In this document: one piece after another, positions 46,619 to 55,059 of the stretch
Position numbering within the stretch: the first letter of the stretch is position 1
Layout of the letters: every line of letters starts with the position of its first letter
Translations under genes and position numbers: made by a program
Notes under the pieces: generated by a model
Told to the model about the DNA's origin: nothing
Databases searched by the model: none
Seen by the model: only the letters and a program-made list of their open reading frames with translations
DNA from: a virus
IMG/VR virus record: IMGVR_UViG_3300025886_000017
Reading direction: 5' to 3' (one strand)
DNA: 64,000 nt

Positions 46619-47187
46619 GAGGGTATGCTGCTTGGTGGACACTTTGTTTTGGGTTCTTCTTTGGATGGTGTTCTGTTCAGTTCGCTGCGGGGTGGAAGTT
46701 AGAAATCGCTCTGGTCGATCCTCCATCTGAGCTTGAACTTATTATTCAAGGTGCGTTGATTGATGAGATGTTCAGCTATCCAACCGATCATGGGTATGAT
46801 GATGAGTATTACCCAGACGAGGAAATCGAGATACACTGTCTTCAAGAAGCCATTTACTATGAAGCTGGCAATCAGCGTCGTGTAGGAAAGCGCGCGGTCG
46901 CTGAAGTGATTCGCAATCGCGTAATTTCTGCTCGGTTTCCTGACACCTACTGCGAGGTAGTGAGTCAACCTAATCAGTTCTCTTTCACATTATTCGAAAA
47001 CGATTACAATCTCGACCGCCGAGCGTGGCAAGATTCGGGGGATATCTCTGTGGATGTGTTCTATAAGGATGACACTGAACTCGATGCTATGTGGTATCAT
47101 GCTGATTATATTTCTACTCCTGGCTGGGCTACTCGGCTAAATCGAGTTAGTCACATTGGCCAGCATATTTTTTACGAGGAACTCTAA
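46615..47187 (+). CDS. Cell wall hydrolase, SleB-like, N-terminally anchored
   Basis: CLQEAIYYEAG, VAEVIRNRV, EVVSQPNQFSF, WYHADY, IGQHIFY. Confidence 0.9.
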   Translation: MRGYAAWWTLCFGFFFGWCSVQFAAGWKLEIALVDPPSELELIIQGALIDEMFSYPTDHGYDDEYYPDEEIEIHCLQEAIYYEAGNQRRVGKRAVAEVIRNRVISARFPDTYCEVVSQPNQFSFTLFENDYNLDRRAWQDSGDISVDVFYKDDTELDAMWYHADYISTPGWATRLNRVSHIGQHIFYEEL

Positions 47188-47420
47188 TGTTGAACCTGAA
47201 AGAAGATGTAGTCAATCGAAATCATTTTTCCAAGATGGTAGAAGACCACATCAAAAAATGCCCTATGCCTTACATGGATGCCATTCTTATTTGCGCTGGG
47301 AAGTGCGGCATCGAACCAGAGATGGTGTCACGGCTAGTGAGCCCCACCATTAAAGACAAGTTAGAATCTGAAGCTACAGACCTGCGATTGCTGAAGGTAG
47401 GATCGCAACTGCCGCTTTAG
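47187..47420 (+). CDS. gp33: Late transcription coactivator gp33
   Basis: FSKMVE, YMDAIL, IEPEMVSRLVSPTIKDKLESEA. Confidence 0.88.
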   Translation: MLNLKEDVVNRNHFSKMVEDHIKKCPMPYMDAILICAGKCGIEPEMVSRLVSPTIKDKLESEATDLRLLKVGSQLPL

Positions 47421-47441
47421 TTGCCAATTTCACAGAGGTAC

Positions 47442-47469
47442 TTGACTTCTGCTGAAAATCGTGTATAAT
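47442..47469 (+). promoter_or_regulatory. Sigma70-type promoter TTGACT-N16-TATAAT
   Basis: Upstream of hsp20; TTGCCAATTT box 21 nt upstream. Confidence 0.85.
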
Positions 47470-47475
47470 ATACAC

Positions 47476-47543
47476 AATAGGAAATGCTACGAATGTGGGT
47501 TTCCATGAACACCAACTCGCTTAACAAAGGAGATGTAACAATG
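47476..47543 (+). promoter_or_regulatory. ROSE-like RNA thermometer in the hsp20 5' UTR
   Basis: CTCGCT-TAACAA-AGGAG pairs the SD with a bulged G (U(U/C)GCU motif); upstream hairpin GGAAATGCTAC-GAAT-GTGGGTTTCC. Confidence 0.7.
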
Positions 47544-48011
47544 GCAAATTATTTTAGACCTGATTTTGTTGGATTTGATCGGCTTTTCACCTTGCTCGAT
47601 CAGGCTGCGCCAAAAAGATCTATTTCAAATACAGCATTCCCAGCATATAACGTGGTTAGATCTGGTGATAATGAATATCGCGTTGATCTTGCTCTTGCTG
47701 GATATGTAGAGGAGGAATTAGATGTATCAGCCGAGCCCGGCATTCTTACTGTAGAATCTAACCGGGATGTCACCGACGCAACCGACGAAGGTGGAATCAT
47801 TCTACACAAGGGAATTGCTGAACGCAATTTCCGACGACAATTTACATTAATGGATAATATAGAGGTAACGGGAGCAAACTTTGTGAACGGCATCCTTTCC
47901 GTTTATCTTGTGAACGTTGTTCCCGAGAAGGAGCAGCGCCGCAAGGTCGTAATTGGATCTGGTGATGCACGCGGAGTCTTTAATAAGGCCAAAGAATTGC
48001 TCACTGAATAG
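47541..48011 (+). CDS. hsp20: Small heat-shock protein Hsp20 (IbpA-like)
   Basis: Start moved to MANYFRPDFVGFDRLF; FPAYNV, LHKGIAERNFRRQF, NGILSV. Confidence 0.95.
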   Translation: MANYFRPDFVGFDRLFTLLDQAAPKRSISNTAFPAYNVVRSGDNEYRVDLALAGYVEEELDVSAEPGILTVESNRDVTDATDEGGIILHKGIAERNFRRQFTLMDNIEVTGANFVNGILSVYLVNVVPEKEQRRKVVIGSGDARGVFNKAKELLTE

Positions 48012-48043
48012 AATATTAGTATAACTTAGTAGATAAGGAAAGT

Positions 48044-48063
48044 CCCCACCCTTCGGGGTGGGG
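48044..48063 (+). terminator. GC-rich hairpin with C(UUCG)G loop (terminator or stabiliser)
   Basis: CCCCACCC-TTCG-GGGTGGGG; weak U tract. Confidence 0.65.
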
Positions 48064-48071
48064 CATCTTAT

Positions 48072-48683
48072 ATGAATGCAATCGAAACCTATCAGATGTT
48101 CCGGGCCCTTCAGTTACATTTCAAGGGAACTAACTATGACTATGTGAAGTACCAAGGTAAGGTACGAGTTGATCCCGACAAGTTCAGCACCCGGCGAGAT
48201 CGATTTCACTACGAAAAGATTCTACGCAAGCATCAGGGTAAGCGCGAAGACATTGAACAGTTCTTCGTCGCGAATCTACACGATAACCCTGGCGTATGGG
48301 TCGGGACACTAACTACCCCCGAAGCAACGAAGCTATACAAGGAATGGCAATCCTATCAGGAGAGCATTTCATATCACTTCAAGACAGAGATGGAACAACT
48401 AGCGGATGATATGCCCGAGGGAATGTCACATAACGAGATGATCATTACTCGCGGAGACCATCCATATCTGCTTGAAAAGTTTTACGAGGGCATTGTGAGC
48501 CCTTGCTCGCTGATTCAAATGAATCTGGTGATGAAGTTCTTTCCCCTATGGGATCGAACGATCGATGATGGAATCCTTTGGCCTGACACTCGTGTTAAGC
48601 TAAACAAACTTGCCCCTTTCGTCAATGCCAATTTGGAGAAGACGAAACTGGCATTGGTCAATGCGTTTTCATCGACTAAATAG
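48072..48683 (+). CDS. gp59: Helicase loader gp59
   Basis: ALQLHF..TNYDYVKYQGK, RRDRFHYEK, FFVAN. Confidence 0.9.
   Translation: MNAIETYQMFRALQLHFKGTNYDYVKYQGKVRVDPDKFSTRRDRFHYEKILRKHQGKREDIEQFFVANLHDNPGVWVGTLTTPEATKLYKEWQSYQESISYHFKTEMEQLADDMPEGMSHNEMIITRGDHPYLLEKFYEGIVSPCSLIQMNLVMKFFPLWDRTIDDGILWPDTRVKLNKLAPFVNANLEKTKLALVNAFSSTK
48675..48682 (+). promoter_or_regulatory. Late promoter variant ACTAAATA
   Basis: Overlaps the gp59 stop, upstream of gp32. Confidence 0.55.
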
Positions 48684-48700
48684 TAGCGTGGACATTCCAC

Positions 48701-48738
48701 AATACAACGTAATACAACGAAATATAGGAGAATACAAC
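48701..48738 (+). repeat. AATACAAC repeats in the gp32 leader (putative autogenous operator)
   Basis: AATACAAC at 48701, 48711 and 48731, with AATATAGG at 48721, giving a 10-nt period around the SD. Confidence 0.75.
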
Positions 48739-48739
48739 A

Positions 48740-49606
48740 ATGGGTTTTGCAGACCTCAAGAAGAACAGTAACATTGATCGCCTCTCACAGGCAATGGATA
48801 ACCTCGATAAGAAGAAGAGTTTCAGCAATGGCGATGATCGTCAGTGGAAGCTCACGGTCGATAAGGCAGGAACGGGACACGCTGTTATTCGGTTTCTCCC
48901 GGCCCCCGACGGCGAGGATCTTCCGTTCGTTCGTATCTGGGATCATGGATTCCAAGGACCGGGTGGGTGGTACATCGAGAAGTCGCTGACGACTCTTGAG
49001 CAGAAAGATCCCGTATCCGAATACAACAGCAAGTTGTGGAATGCGGGAGATCAGGACGAAGCGCGAAAGCAGAAGCGCCGACTCAGCTATCACTCCAACA
49101 TTCTTGTTGTTGATGATCCGGCTAACCCGGACAACAACGGCAAGACCTTCCTCTTCAAGTATGGGAAGAAGATCTTCGACAAGGTTCAGTCGGCGATCAA
49201 CCCGGAGTTTTCGACAGACGAAGCCTTCGATCCATTCAACCTTTGGTCCGGTGCTAACTTCAAGCTGCGAGCAAAGAAGGTTGCTGGATATCGTAACTAT
49301 GACTCGTCCGAGTTTGCTGCGCCAAGTGAAGTTGGTGCAGATGACGCAGAACGTGAAGCGGTTTGGAACAATGAATATTCGCTTCAGTCTCTCGTCGCGC
49401 CAAACGAGTTTAAGTCATATGACGAACTCAAGGCTCGACTGAATCAGGTGCTTGCGCTTGATGTTGCTGATGCTGCTCCCACAGCAGTGGCCTCGAGGCT
49501 TGTGGTTGCGGAATCTCCGTCACTTCCGACGGCGGAACAGTCGCTTGGTAATAGCGACGAGGCCGATGATGGTCTTGACTTCTTTGGAGACTTGCTCAAA
49601 GAGTAA
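48740..49606 (+). CDS. gp32: Single-stranded DNA-binding protein gp32
   Basis: DDRQWKL, AVIRFLPA, HGFQGPGGWYIEKS, FLFKYGKKIFDK, GANFKL, YRNYDSSEF; acidic tail. Confidence 0.97.
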   Translation: MGFADLKKNSNIDRLSQAMDNLDKKKSFSNGDDRQWKLTVDKAGTGHAVIRFLPAPDGEDLPFVRIWDHGFQGPGGWYIEKSLTTLEQKDPVSEYNSKLWNAGDQDEARKQKRRLSYHSNILVVDDPANPDNNGKTFLFKYGKKIFDKVQSAINPEFSTDEAFDPFNLWSGANFKLRAKKVAGYRNYDSSEFAAPSEVGADDAEREAVWNNEYSLQSLVAPNEFKSYDELKARLNQVLALDVADAAPTAVASRLVVAESPSLPTAEQSLGNSDEADDGLDFFGDLLKE

Positions 49607-49644
49607 AGGTATAGTCAGCAGATTCAAATTTGAATCTTGAATCG

Positions 49645-49684
49645 AACCCCCTCTCACTCTTTGGTGAGGGGGGGTTTTCTTTTT
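49645..49684 (+). terminator. Intrinsic terminator after gp32
   Basis: AACCCCCTCTCAC-TCTTTG-GTGAGGGGGGGTT followed by TTCTTTTT. Confidence 0.9.
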
Positions 49685-49688
49685 ACGC

Positions 49689-49696
49689 ACTAAATA
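49689..49696 (+). promoter_or_regulatory. Late promoter variant ACTAAATA
   Basis: Directly after the terminator, 6 nt before ATG 49702. Confidence 0.65.
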
Positions 49697-49701
49697 GTTG
49701 T

Positions 49702-50142
49702 ATGGCATACCGTGGTAAATGGCAACCAAATAATAAGGCTAAATATGAAGGTAATCCTACAAAGATTATCTTCCGTTCTCTATGGGAACGCGCAGCTTTT
49801 AAATGGTGCGATGACAATAAGAATATACAATCTTGGAGTAGCGAAGAGATTGTGATACCATACAAAGGCATCGATGGTCGGTTCCATCGTTACTATATGG
49901 ATCTGAAGATCACTTGGAATGACGGAACGACTACACTAGTAGAGATCAAACCGGAGAAGCAGACAAAGCCTCCGAAGAAGCCGAAACGACAAACAAAGCG
50001 ATATATCACAGAAGTTAGGACATTCGCTACAAACTCATCAAAGTGGATTGCCGCGAAGGATTATGCTGAGTGTCGCGGTTGGAAATTTGAGATATGGACG
50101 GAAAAACAACTCCGAAGTCTCGGAATGAAAATCTATAGGTAA
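49702..50142 (+). CDS. gp4: Head completion protein gp4
   Basis: Start moved to MAYRGKW; KYEGNPTKIIFRSLWE, WSSEEIVIPY, HRYYMD, LVEIKP, NSSKWIAA. Confidence 0.93.
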   Translation: MAYRGKWQPNNKAKYEGNPTKIIFRSLWERAAFKWCDDNKNIQSWSSEEIVIPYKGIDGRFHRYYMDLKITWNDGTTTLVEIKPEKQTKPPKKPKRQTKRYITEVRTFATNSSKWIAAKDYAECRGWKFEIWTEKQLRSLGMKIYR

Positions 50143-50146
50143 ATAA

Positions 50147-50773
50147 ATGGCACAAATTGTATTCGCAAAGATTTTAAGTGACGCTCAGCGGGCGGGGGTG
50201 ATGCAGAAGTCTCTCGCCTCGGCCAATCGGTGGTTTTATGGTAAGTTGCAATCATTTCGTCGCGTCATACGCATTCCTGATCAGGGACTAGAAACTAACA
50301 GAGATGCACAAGCAGCTCCGAAGATTAAAATGGAGATGGTGGGCAATCTCTATTTCTTTAGTTATGACCCACTGAACGCTAAAACTATGCCATACTATGA
50401 TAGATTTCCTCTTGTGATGCCGTTTGAGACGACTAATGATGGTATTATCGGTATCAACTTTCATTATTTACATCCAATTCATCGAGCAATTCTGATGGAT
50501 CGCATTTTGGAGTCGTTTGAGAATGAAAATGACAAACGTCGGGTGCTAAATCGTACTAGATTTTCATATGAAATGCTAGAAGCTATGGGTGCGCGTTATA
50601 AATACTATAAACCCGCCATCAAGAGATATAAGTTTCGACAAATGCGATCAAGAATGTTGATGTTGGATGAGGAAGAGTGGAAAACATCAATATTTCTTCC
50701 AGTCCATCGATTTGTTGGGGCAAAAGATGCGCAGGTATGGTCTGACAGCAGAAAGCAGTACAATAAGGGGTAA
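50147..50773 (+). CDS. gp2: DNA end protector gp2
   Basis: YFFSYDP, MPYYDRFPLV, GINFHYLHP, AIKRY, IFLP. Confidence 0.88.
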   Translation: MAQIVFAKILSDAQRAGVMQKSLASANRWFYGKLQSFRRVIRIPDQGLETNRDAQAAPKIKMEMVGNLYFFSYDPLNAKTMPYYDRFPLVMPFETTNDGIIGINFHYLHPIHRAILMDRILESFENENDKRRVLNRTRFSYEMLEAMGARYKYYKPAIKRYKFRQMRSRMLMLDEEEWKTSIFLPVHRFVGAKDAQVWSDSRKQYNKG

Positions 50774-50776
50774 CGA

Positions 50777-51466
50777 ATGCCATTCGGAATCGATCAATTT
50801 AAGGCAGAGATCAATAGACGCCGTGGTATAGCAAGAGCATCCAACTTTCGTATGTTGATGACAGGAGGTGTCCTCAAAAACTCAAGTGCCAGGGCCCTCG
50901 CTCTACTGCTTAACTCTGCTCAGATCCCCGGACGGGCCCTTCAGACGATTGATGTCGCTACACACGGTCCCGTGCGGAAACAGCCATATGGGATAAGCAA
51001 TTACGACGATCTAGTGGTAAATGTTTATTGTACGAACGAGAACCTATTTCCTCGCGATATGTTTCAGGAATGGCAAGAGATAATTTCCAACTCAAATAAT
51101 CATAACGTAAACTATTTTGATCAATATGTTTGTGATATTGAATTGGAATCTTATGATGAAGCGGGGGATGTTAATTTTTCTTGTCGATTTCAGGATGCAT
51201 ATCCAATATTCGTGGCACCCCTTCAGGTTGATTGGTCGGCGGGCCAGCAGATACTAAATCTGAATGTGTCGTTTTCATATCGTAAGTGGCAGATGTTGCC
51301 GATCGGCGGGAAGCCATTCGGTAACAACCTCAATGTCAACTCACTCTATCCTAATTTTGATCTGGGTGGATTTGTGGATAACAATGCAGTTGGAATTGTT
51401 GATCGAGCGAGCGGCCAACTCTTTAGTAAAATCAAGACTGGTGGACGATTTTTAAGCAACTTATAA
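50777..51466 (+). CDS. Tail tube-like baseplate protein (gp54/gp19-like)
   Basis: FKAEI..GIARASNF, AQIPGR, FQEWQ, FQDAYPI, LNVSFSYRKW. Confidence 0.75.
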   Translation: MPFGIDQFKAEINRRRGIARASNFRMLMTGGVLKNSSARALALLLNSAQIPGRALQTIDVATHGPVRKQPYGISNYDDLVVNVYCTNENLFPRDMFQEWQEIISNSNNHNVNYFDQYVCDIELESYDEAGDVNFSCRFQDAYPIFVAPLQVDWSAGQQILNLNVSFSYRKWQMLPIGGKPFGNNLNVNSLYPNFDLGGFVDNNAVGIVDRASGQLFSKIKTGGRFLSNL

Positions 51467-51479
51467 GACGGAGTATAAT

Positions 51480-52184
51480 ATGAGCCTACCTAGAATTAAA
51501 CAACCATTATATAGAATGACAATTCCATCGACAGGAGAGGAGATTCAATATAGATCTTTTTTGGTAAAGGAGGAGAAGATTCTCGTATTGGGGATGGAGT
51601 CAGGAGAAACTGTAGACGTTACAGATGCAATCACTCAGGTCATCAATAACTGCATTGTAACCGAAGGCGTTTCTGTTGATCGACTAGCATCCTTTGATGT
51701 TGAGTGGATATTTCTGAACCTGCGACTTCGTAGTGTTTCTGATGTAATGGACTTGAAAAGTCAATGTTCGAAGTGTGAATCGTCTTTTGAGTTCCAAGTA
51801 GATCTGAAAGATATTCCACCACCAAAACCGACGACGGCTTCAAATAAGATTCAATTCACAGAGGATATTGGTATTGTTTTGAAGTACCCGACCCTCAATA
51901 GTGCTTCTGGTGTCATGACGGATAATAGTATTGACTCAGCGTTCTCTATCATTGCTTCCTGTATTGATAAGATATATGATAAAGATGCTGTATATGACAG
52001 CAAAGATCACGATAAGCAAGAACTTGTTGATTGGGTGCTTGAGTTGTCTCAGCCCTCGTTTGCTATGATTGAGAAGTTCTTTGAAGACTTACCAGCAGTT
52101 AGATATGAGAAAGACATACCTTGCCCATCTTGTTCGGAATCAAACAAAATTATACTGGAGGGGCTCGATAGTTTTTTAGGCTAA
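51480..52184 (+). CDS. gp26: Baseplate hub assembly protein gp26
   Basis: LPRI..P.Y...IPSTG, FLVKEEKIL, FDVEWIFL.LR..SV, CSKC, CPSC, LEGLDSF. Confidence 0.9.
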   Translation: MSLPRIKQPLYRMTIPSTGEEIQYRSFLVKEEKILVLGMESGETVDVTDAITQVINNCIVTEGVSVDRLASFDVEWIFLNLRLRSVSDVMDLKSQCSKCESSFEFQVDLKDIPPPKPTTASNKIQFTEDIGIVLKYPTLNSASGVMTDNSIDSAFSIIASCIDKIYDKDAVYDSKDHDKQELVDWVLELSQPSFAMIEKFFEDLPAVRYEKDIPCPSCSESNKIILEGLDSFLG

Positions 52185-52186
52185 TC

Positions 52187-52351
52187 ATGGCATACCAAAG
52201 TACAGTGAACTACTATAGACTGAATTTTGCCATGATTCAGATACATAAGTATAGTCTAACCGAGATCGAGAATATGGTTCCATTTGAGAGAGACTTGTAC
52301 GTTGAACTTCTGCTGCAACATTTGGAGCAACAGAAAGAAAATAATCAATAG
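52187..52351 (+). CDS. gp51: Baseplate hub assembly catalyst gp51 (54 aa, below cutoff)
   Basis: Hand translation ...NYYRLNFAMIQIHKYSLTEIENMVPFERDLYVELL; follows gp26. Confidence 0.88.
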   Translation: MAYQSTVNYYRLNFAMIQIHKYSLTEIENMVPFERDLYVELLLQHLEQQKENNQ

Positions 52352-52370
52352 CAGCAAAGAGGATGATTAA

Positions 52371-53843
52371 ATGGAAGATAATAAATCCAACCGGGCTCTA
52401 GGCCTTGCTGACAAAGCAGCCACCGGAACGGCCAGGATGGCCAGGGTGGCACAAGGCTGGGGCGAGTTCGGCGCTGAGAAGATTGGTGTTGGGGTCAACA
52501 AGGCCGCAGCTCGGTTTGGTGAAACTTCGGGAGATATTAGTATGCCGATTATAACCGGCGCCGCAGAGAGGGCGGCAGGTTTTGCGACTGGATTCGTCGG
52601 TAAGGCCTACGAAATGGCGATGGGCGGTGGAGATAAGATGATAGATGTGGTCAAGGGATTGAGGAAGGTCAAGGATAGCACAGATGATGTAATAGAAAAT
52701 ACGGAAGAGACGAACGAAACCCTAAATGCCATGCAGAAGATCATGGAAAATGACAGTCGGGCTGCGAGAGAAGTTGCTAGAGAAAAGAAGGGGAGGAAGG
52801 GTGCGCATCTTAGTCTTGTCAAGAATAGTGATGTAGATGGTGATGATGAATCGAAAGGACTGTTCGGCTGGCTCGCGGGCCTGAGCGCGCTTTTGCTCAC
52901 TAACTTCGGAACCCTCAGCGAAATTGTGGAAGGGATGTTTCGTAATTTGGGTACAAGACTTTCAAAGGCATTAACGCCGTTTCTTGATGATACTCTGAGA
53001 CCCTTTTTCGATAAGATCGGAAAGAGACTAACTCTGCTTATTGATGATACTCTGAGATTTTTCGATAAGATCGGAAAGAGACTAGCTCCGTTTATTGATG
53101 AATGGATCACGCCAATTCGCGAACGAATGGCGAAAGGGATATCTGGTGTATTTGAAACTATCATTAAGAAGTTTCCAATATTGGCAAAGTTTTTTACAGC
53201 CGCGGCACCCAAGGCAGCCCCGGCGGCCGCCCCGGCGCTGCTGAAGGCGGTCCCGAAGATCGCCCCGGCTGCCACAAAGGCAGCCGCGCCTGGTTTCTTC
53301 AGTAAAGCGTTAGGTGTGGTAAAGAATGTGGTCCCAAAGGTTTCAGGCCTGGGCGGCATGGCGTTGAGGGGGTCGATGACTGTTCTCAAAAAAATTCCCG
53401 TCATTGGACCCGTAATTGAAGCCTTTTTTCTGCGCGGTAAGTATAACGATCTAAAAGCAGCCAAGGACAGCGGCTCCATCACCGAAGAGCAGTTCAAGAA
53501 TATGATGATTGTTGAGATTATGTCTGCTATTGGTTCTATGGTCGGGGCAGGCGCAGGCGCCGTCGCGGGCGGCGGGGTTGCCTCGATACCGCTTGCGGTC
53601 GGAGGTTCGATTGCCGCGTCGAGTGCCGCGAGAGCGATGGCGATGAAGGTAACAGGTCTGACTAGCGAGGATTTTGATAAAGTTGCTACAGCAAGCGACA
53701 AAGCGGGTAGCGACGGTGGGAATACTACAATCATTGATGCTTCAGTAACTACCGATCAATCAACGACCACGACAGATAGTGGTTCTGGTCCGATTCATAC
53801 TCCAGCACCCCCGGTTGCTGGCGTCACCCACGAAGCGGCATAG
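52371..53843 (+). CDS. Baseplate hub / tape-measure-like protein (gp29-like)
   Basis: Ala/Gly-rich helical protein with KKIPVIG; position between gp51 and gp48. Confidence 0.6.
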   Translation: MEDNKSNRALGLADKAATGTARMARVAQGWGEFGAEKIGVGVNKAAARFGETSGDISMPIITGAAERAAGFATGFVGKAYEMAMGGGDKMIDVVKGLRKVKDSTDDVIENTEETNETLNAMQKIMENDSRAAREVAREKKGRKGAHLSLVKNSDVDGDDESKGLFGWLAGLSALLLTNFGTLSEIVEGMFRNLGTRLSKALTPFLDDTLRPFFDKIGKRLTLLIDDTLRFFDKIGKRLAPFIDEWITPIRERMAKGISGVFETIIKKFPILAKFFTAAAPKAAPAAAPALLKAVPKIAPAATKAAAPGFFSKALGVVKNVVPKVSGLGGMALRGSMTVLKKIPVIGPVIEAFFLRGKYNDLKAAKDSGSITEEQFKNMMIVEIMSAIGSMVGAGAGAVAGGGVASIPLAVGGSIAASSAARAMAMKVTGLTSEDFDKVATASDKAGSDGGNTTIIDASVTTDQSTTTTDSGSGPIHTPAPPVAGVTHEAA

Positions 53844-53856
53844 GGAGTAGATACAA

Positions 53857-55059
53857 ATGGCAGAAGATGACGAACCCGAAATTTCTTTGGCGCAGCAGAC
53901 TCTAAATGCGTCCGCCGATGTCGCGGAGGCGGCAGGAGCATTTGCCGGGGACACGATCGATTTGGCCTCTGAGCAGATCGGAGCAGAACGGGATGCGTTA
54001 AATGCGCTATATCTAGATAAATATAAAAACTTTTTCCTTCAGTATCCTGCGAATGTAGATAATGCGGTCGAAGAGCGTCATTGGATTCGATTTGACGTTC
54101 AGGAAATCAAAGGCCAGACGCTTGAAACCCCCGACACCAAGGATGATGATAAGCTAAAGGAACCATTCGATTCAAAGTTTGGTGGTGCGTTTGGAAAGGC
54201 AATAGAATCGGGAGTAGAAAGGGCAGTCGGAGGAGTCAAGTCTGCGATCAATGTTCCTGGCCAGCTCATCACGAGGACGGCCAATGAATTTCTAAACGAA
54301 ATCCCGGTGGCTGGTGGATTAGCAAAACAGTTTCTTTCTGGTTCAAATGAGTCAAAAGCTAGGGGGCTTGGTTCTATTCTACTTTATGCTCCCTTCAGTC
54401 GAACTGACACTGCTGGATTTCAATGGCAGACAAACCAATCAACTGGATTTATAGGGCAGAAATTTTCAAGCGGGGTTAAAGGAATATCAAAAACAGTTCG
54501 TGATGTAGCGAATGCCAGCGCCTCGGCATTGCGCGGAGACGCGGCGGCACAGGGGTCATTCGCAGCGGCCGTAGGCACTTACGGCGCATTGTTTGGTGCA
54601 GATGAGATTAGCAAGGCTACTGGAGGTTTCGCTCCTAAAGTCCGCGATCAATTGCTTAAATCCGAAGGCGTGGCGTTCAATAATCACGTTGAGTCATTCT
54701 TTTCGGATGTACAAATGAGAAGCTTTGAATTTACTTTCCAACTATCACCTCGTACTCCAAGTGAAGCGCGCGAGATTCAACAGATTATTAAGATGTTTAA
54801 GTACGCTGGGCATCCTGCGCAATATGAAGGTCTATCTGGCGTCTTTTTTGCGTATCCGCAGGTATTTGACATTGAAATATACAACCAAGACCAGACTCAT
54901 AAAATTGGCACATCAGCACTCACCGGAATGTCAACTACATATGGTGGAGACACGCGCAATAACACATTTTACGACAATCATCCGGTTCAGGTCAATCTAT
55001 CATTACGGTTCACTGAGCTTGAAATTCTTGACAAGGACAAGGTTGATAAGGGATTCTAA
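53857..55059 (+). CDS. gp48: Baseplate tail tube cap gp48
   Basis: MRSFEFTFQLSPRTPSEA..I..II..FKY..HP, YPQVFDI, LSLRFTELEIL. Confidence 0.88.
   Translation: MAEDDEPEISLAQQTLNASADVAEAAGAFAGDTIDLASEQIGAERDALNALYLDKYKNFFLQYPANVDNAVEERHWIRFDVQEIKGQTLETPDTKDDDKLKEPFDSKFGGAFGKAIESGVERAVGGVKSAINVPGQLITRTANEFLNEIPVAGGLAKQFLSGSNESKARGLGSILLYAPFSRTDTAGFQWQTNQSTGFIGQKFSSGVKGISKTVRDVANASASALRGDAAAQGSFAAAVGTYGALFGADEISKATGGFAPKVRDQLLKSEGVAFNNHVESFFSDVQMRSFEFTFQLSPRTPSEAREIQQIIKMFKYAGHPAQYEGLSGVFFAYPQVFDIEIYNQDQTHKIGTSALTGMSTTYGGDTRNNTFYDNHPVQVNLSLRFTELEILDKDKVDKGF

Noticed and set aside
52607-53734. 375-aa minus-strand ORF
   Set aside because: Antisense shadow of the Ala/Gly-rich hub gene; no other credible minus-strand gene in the window
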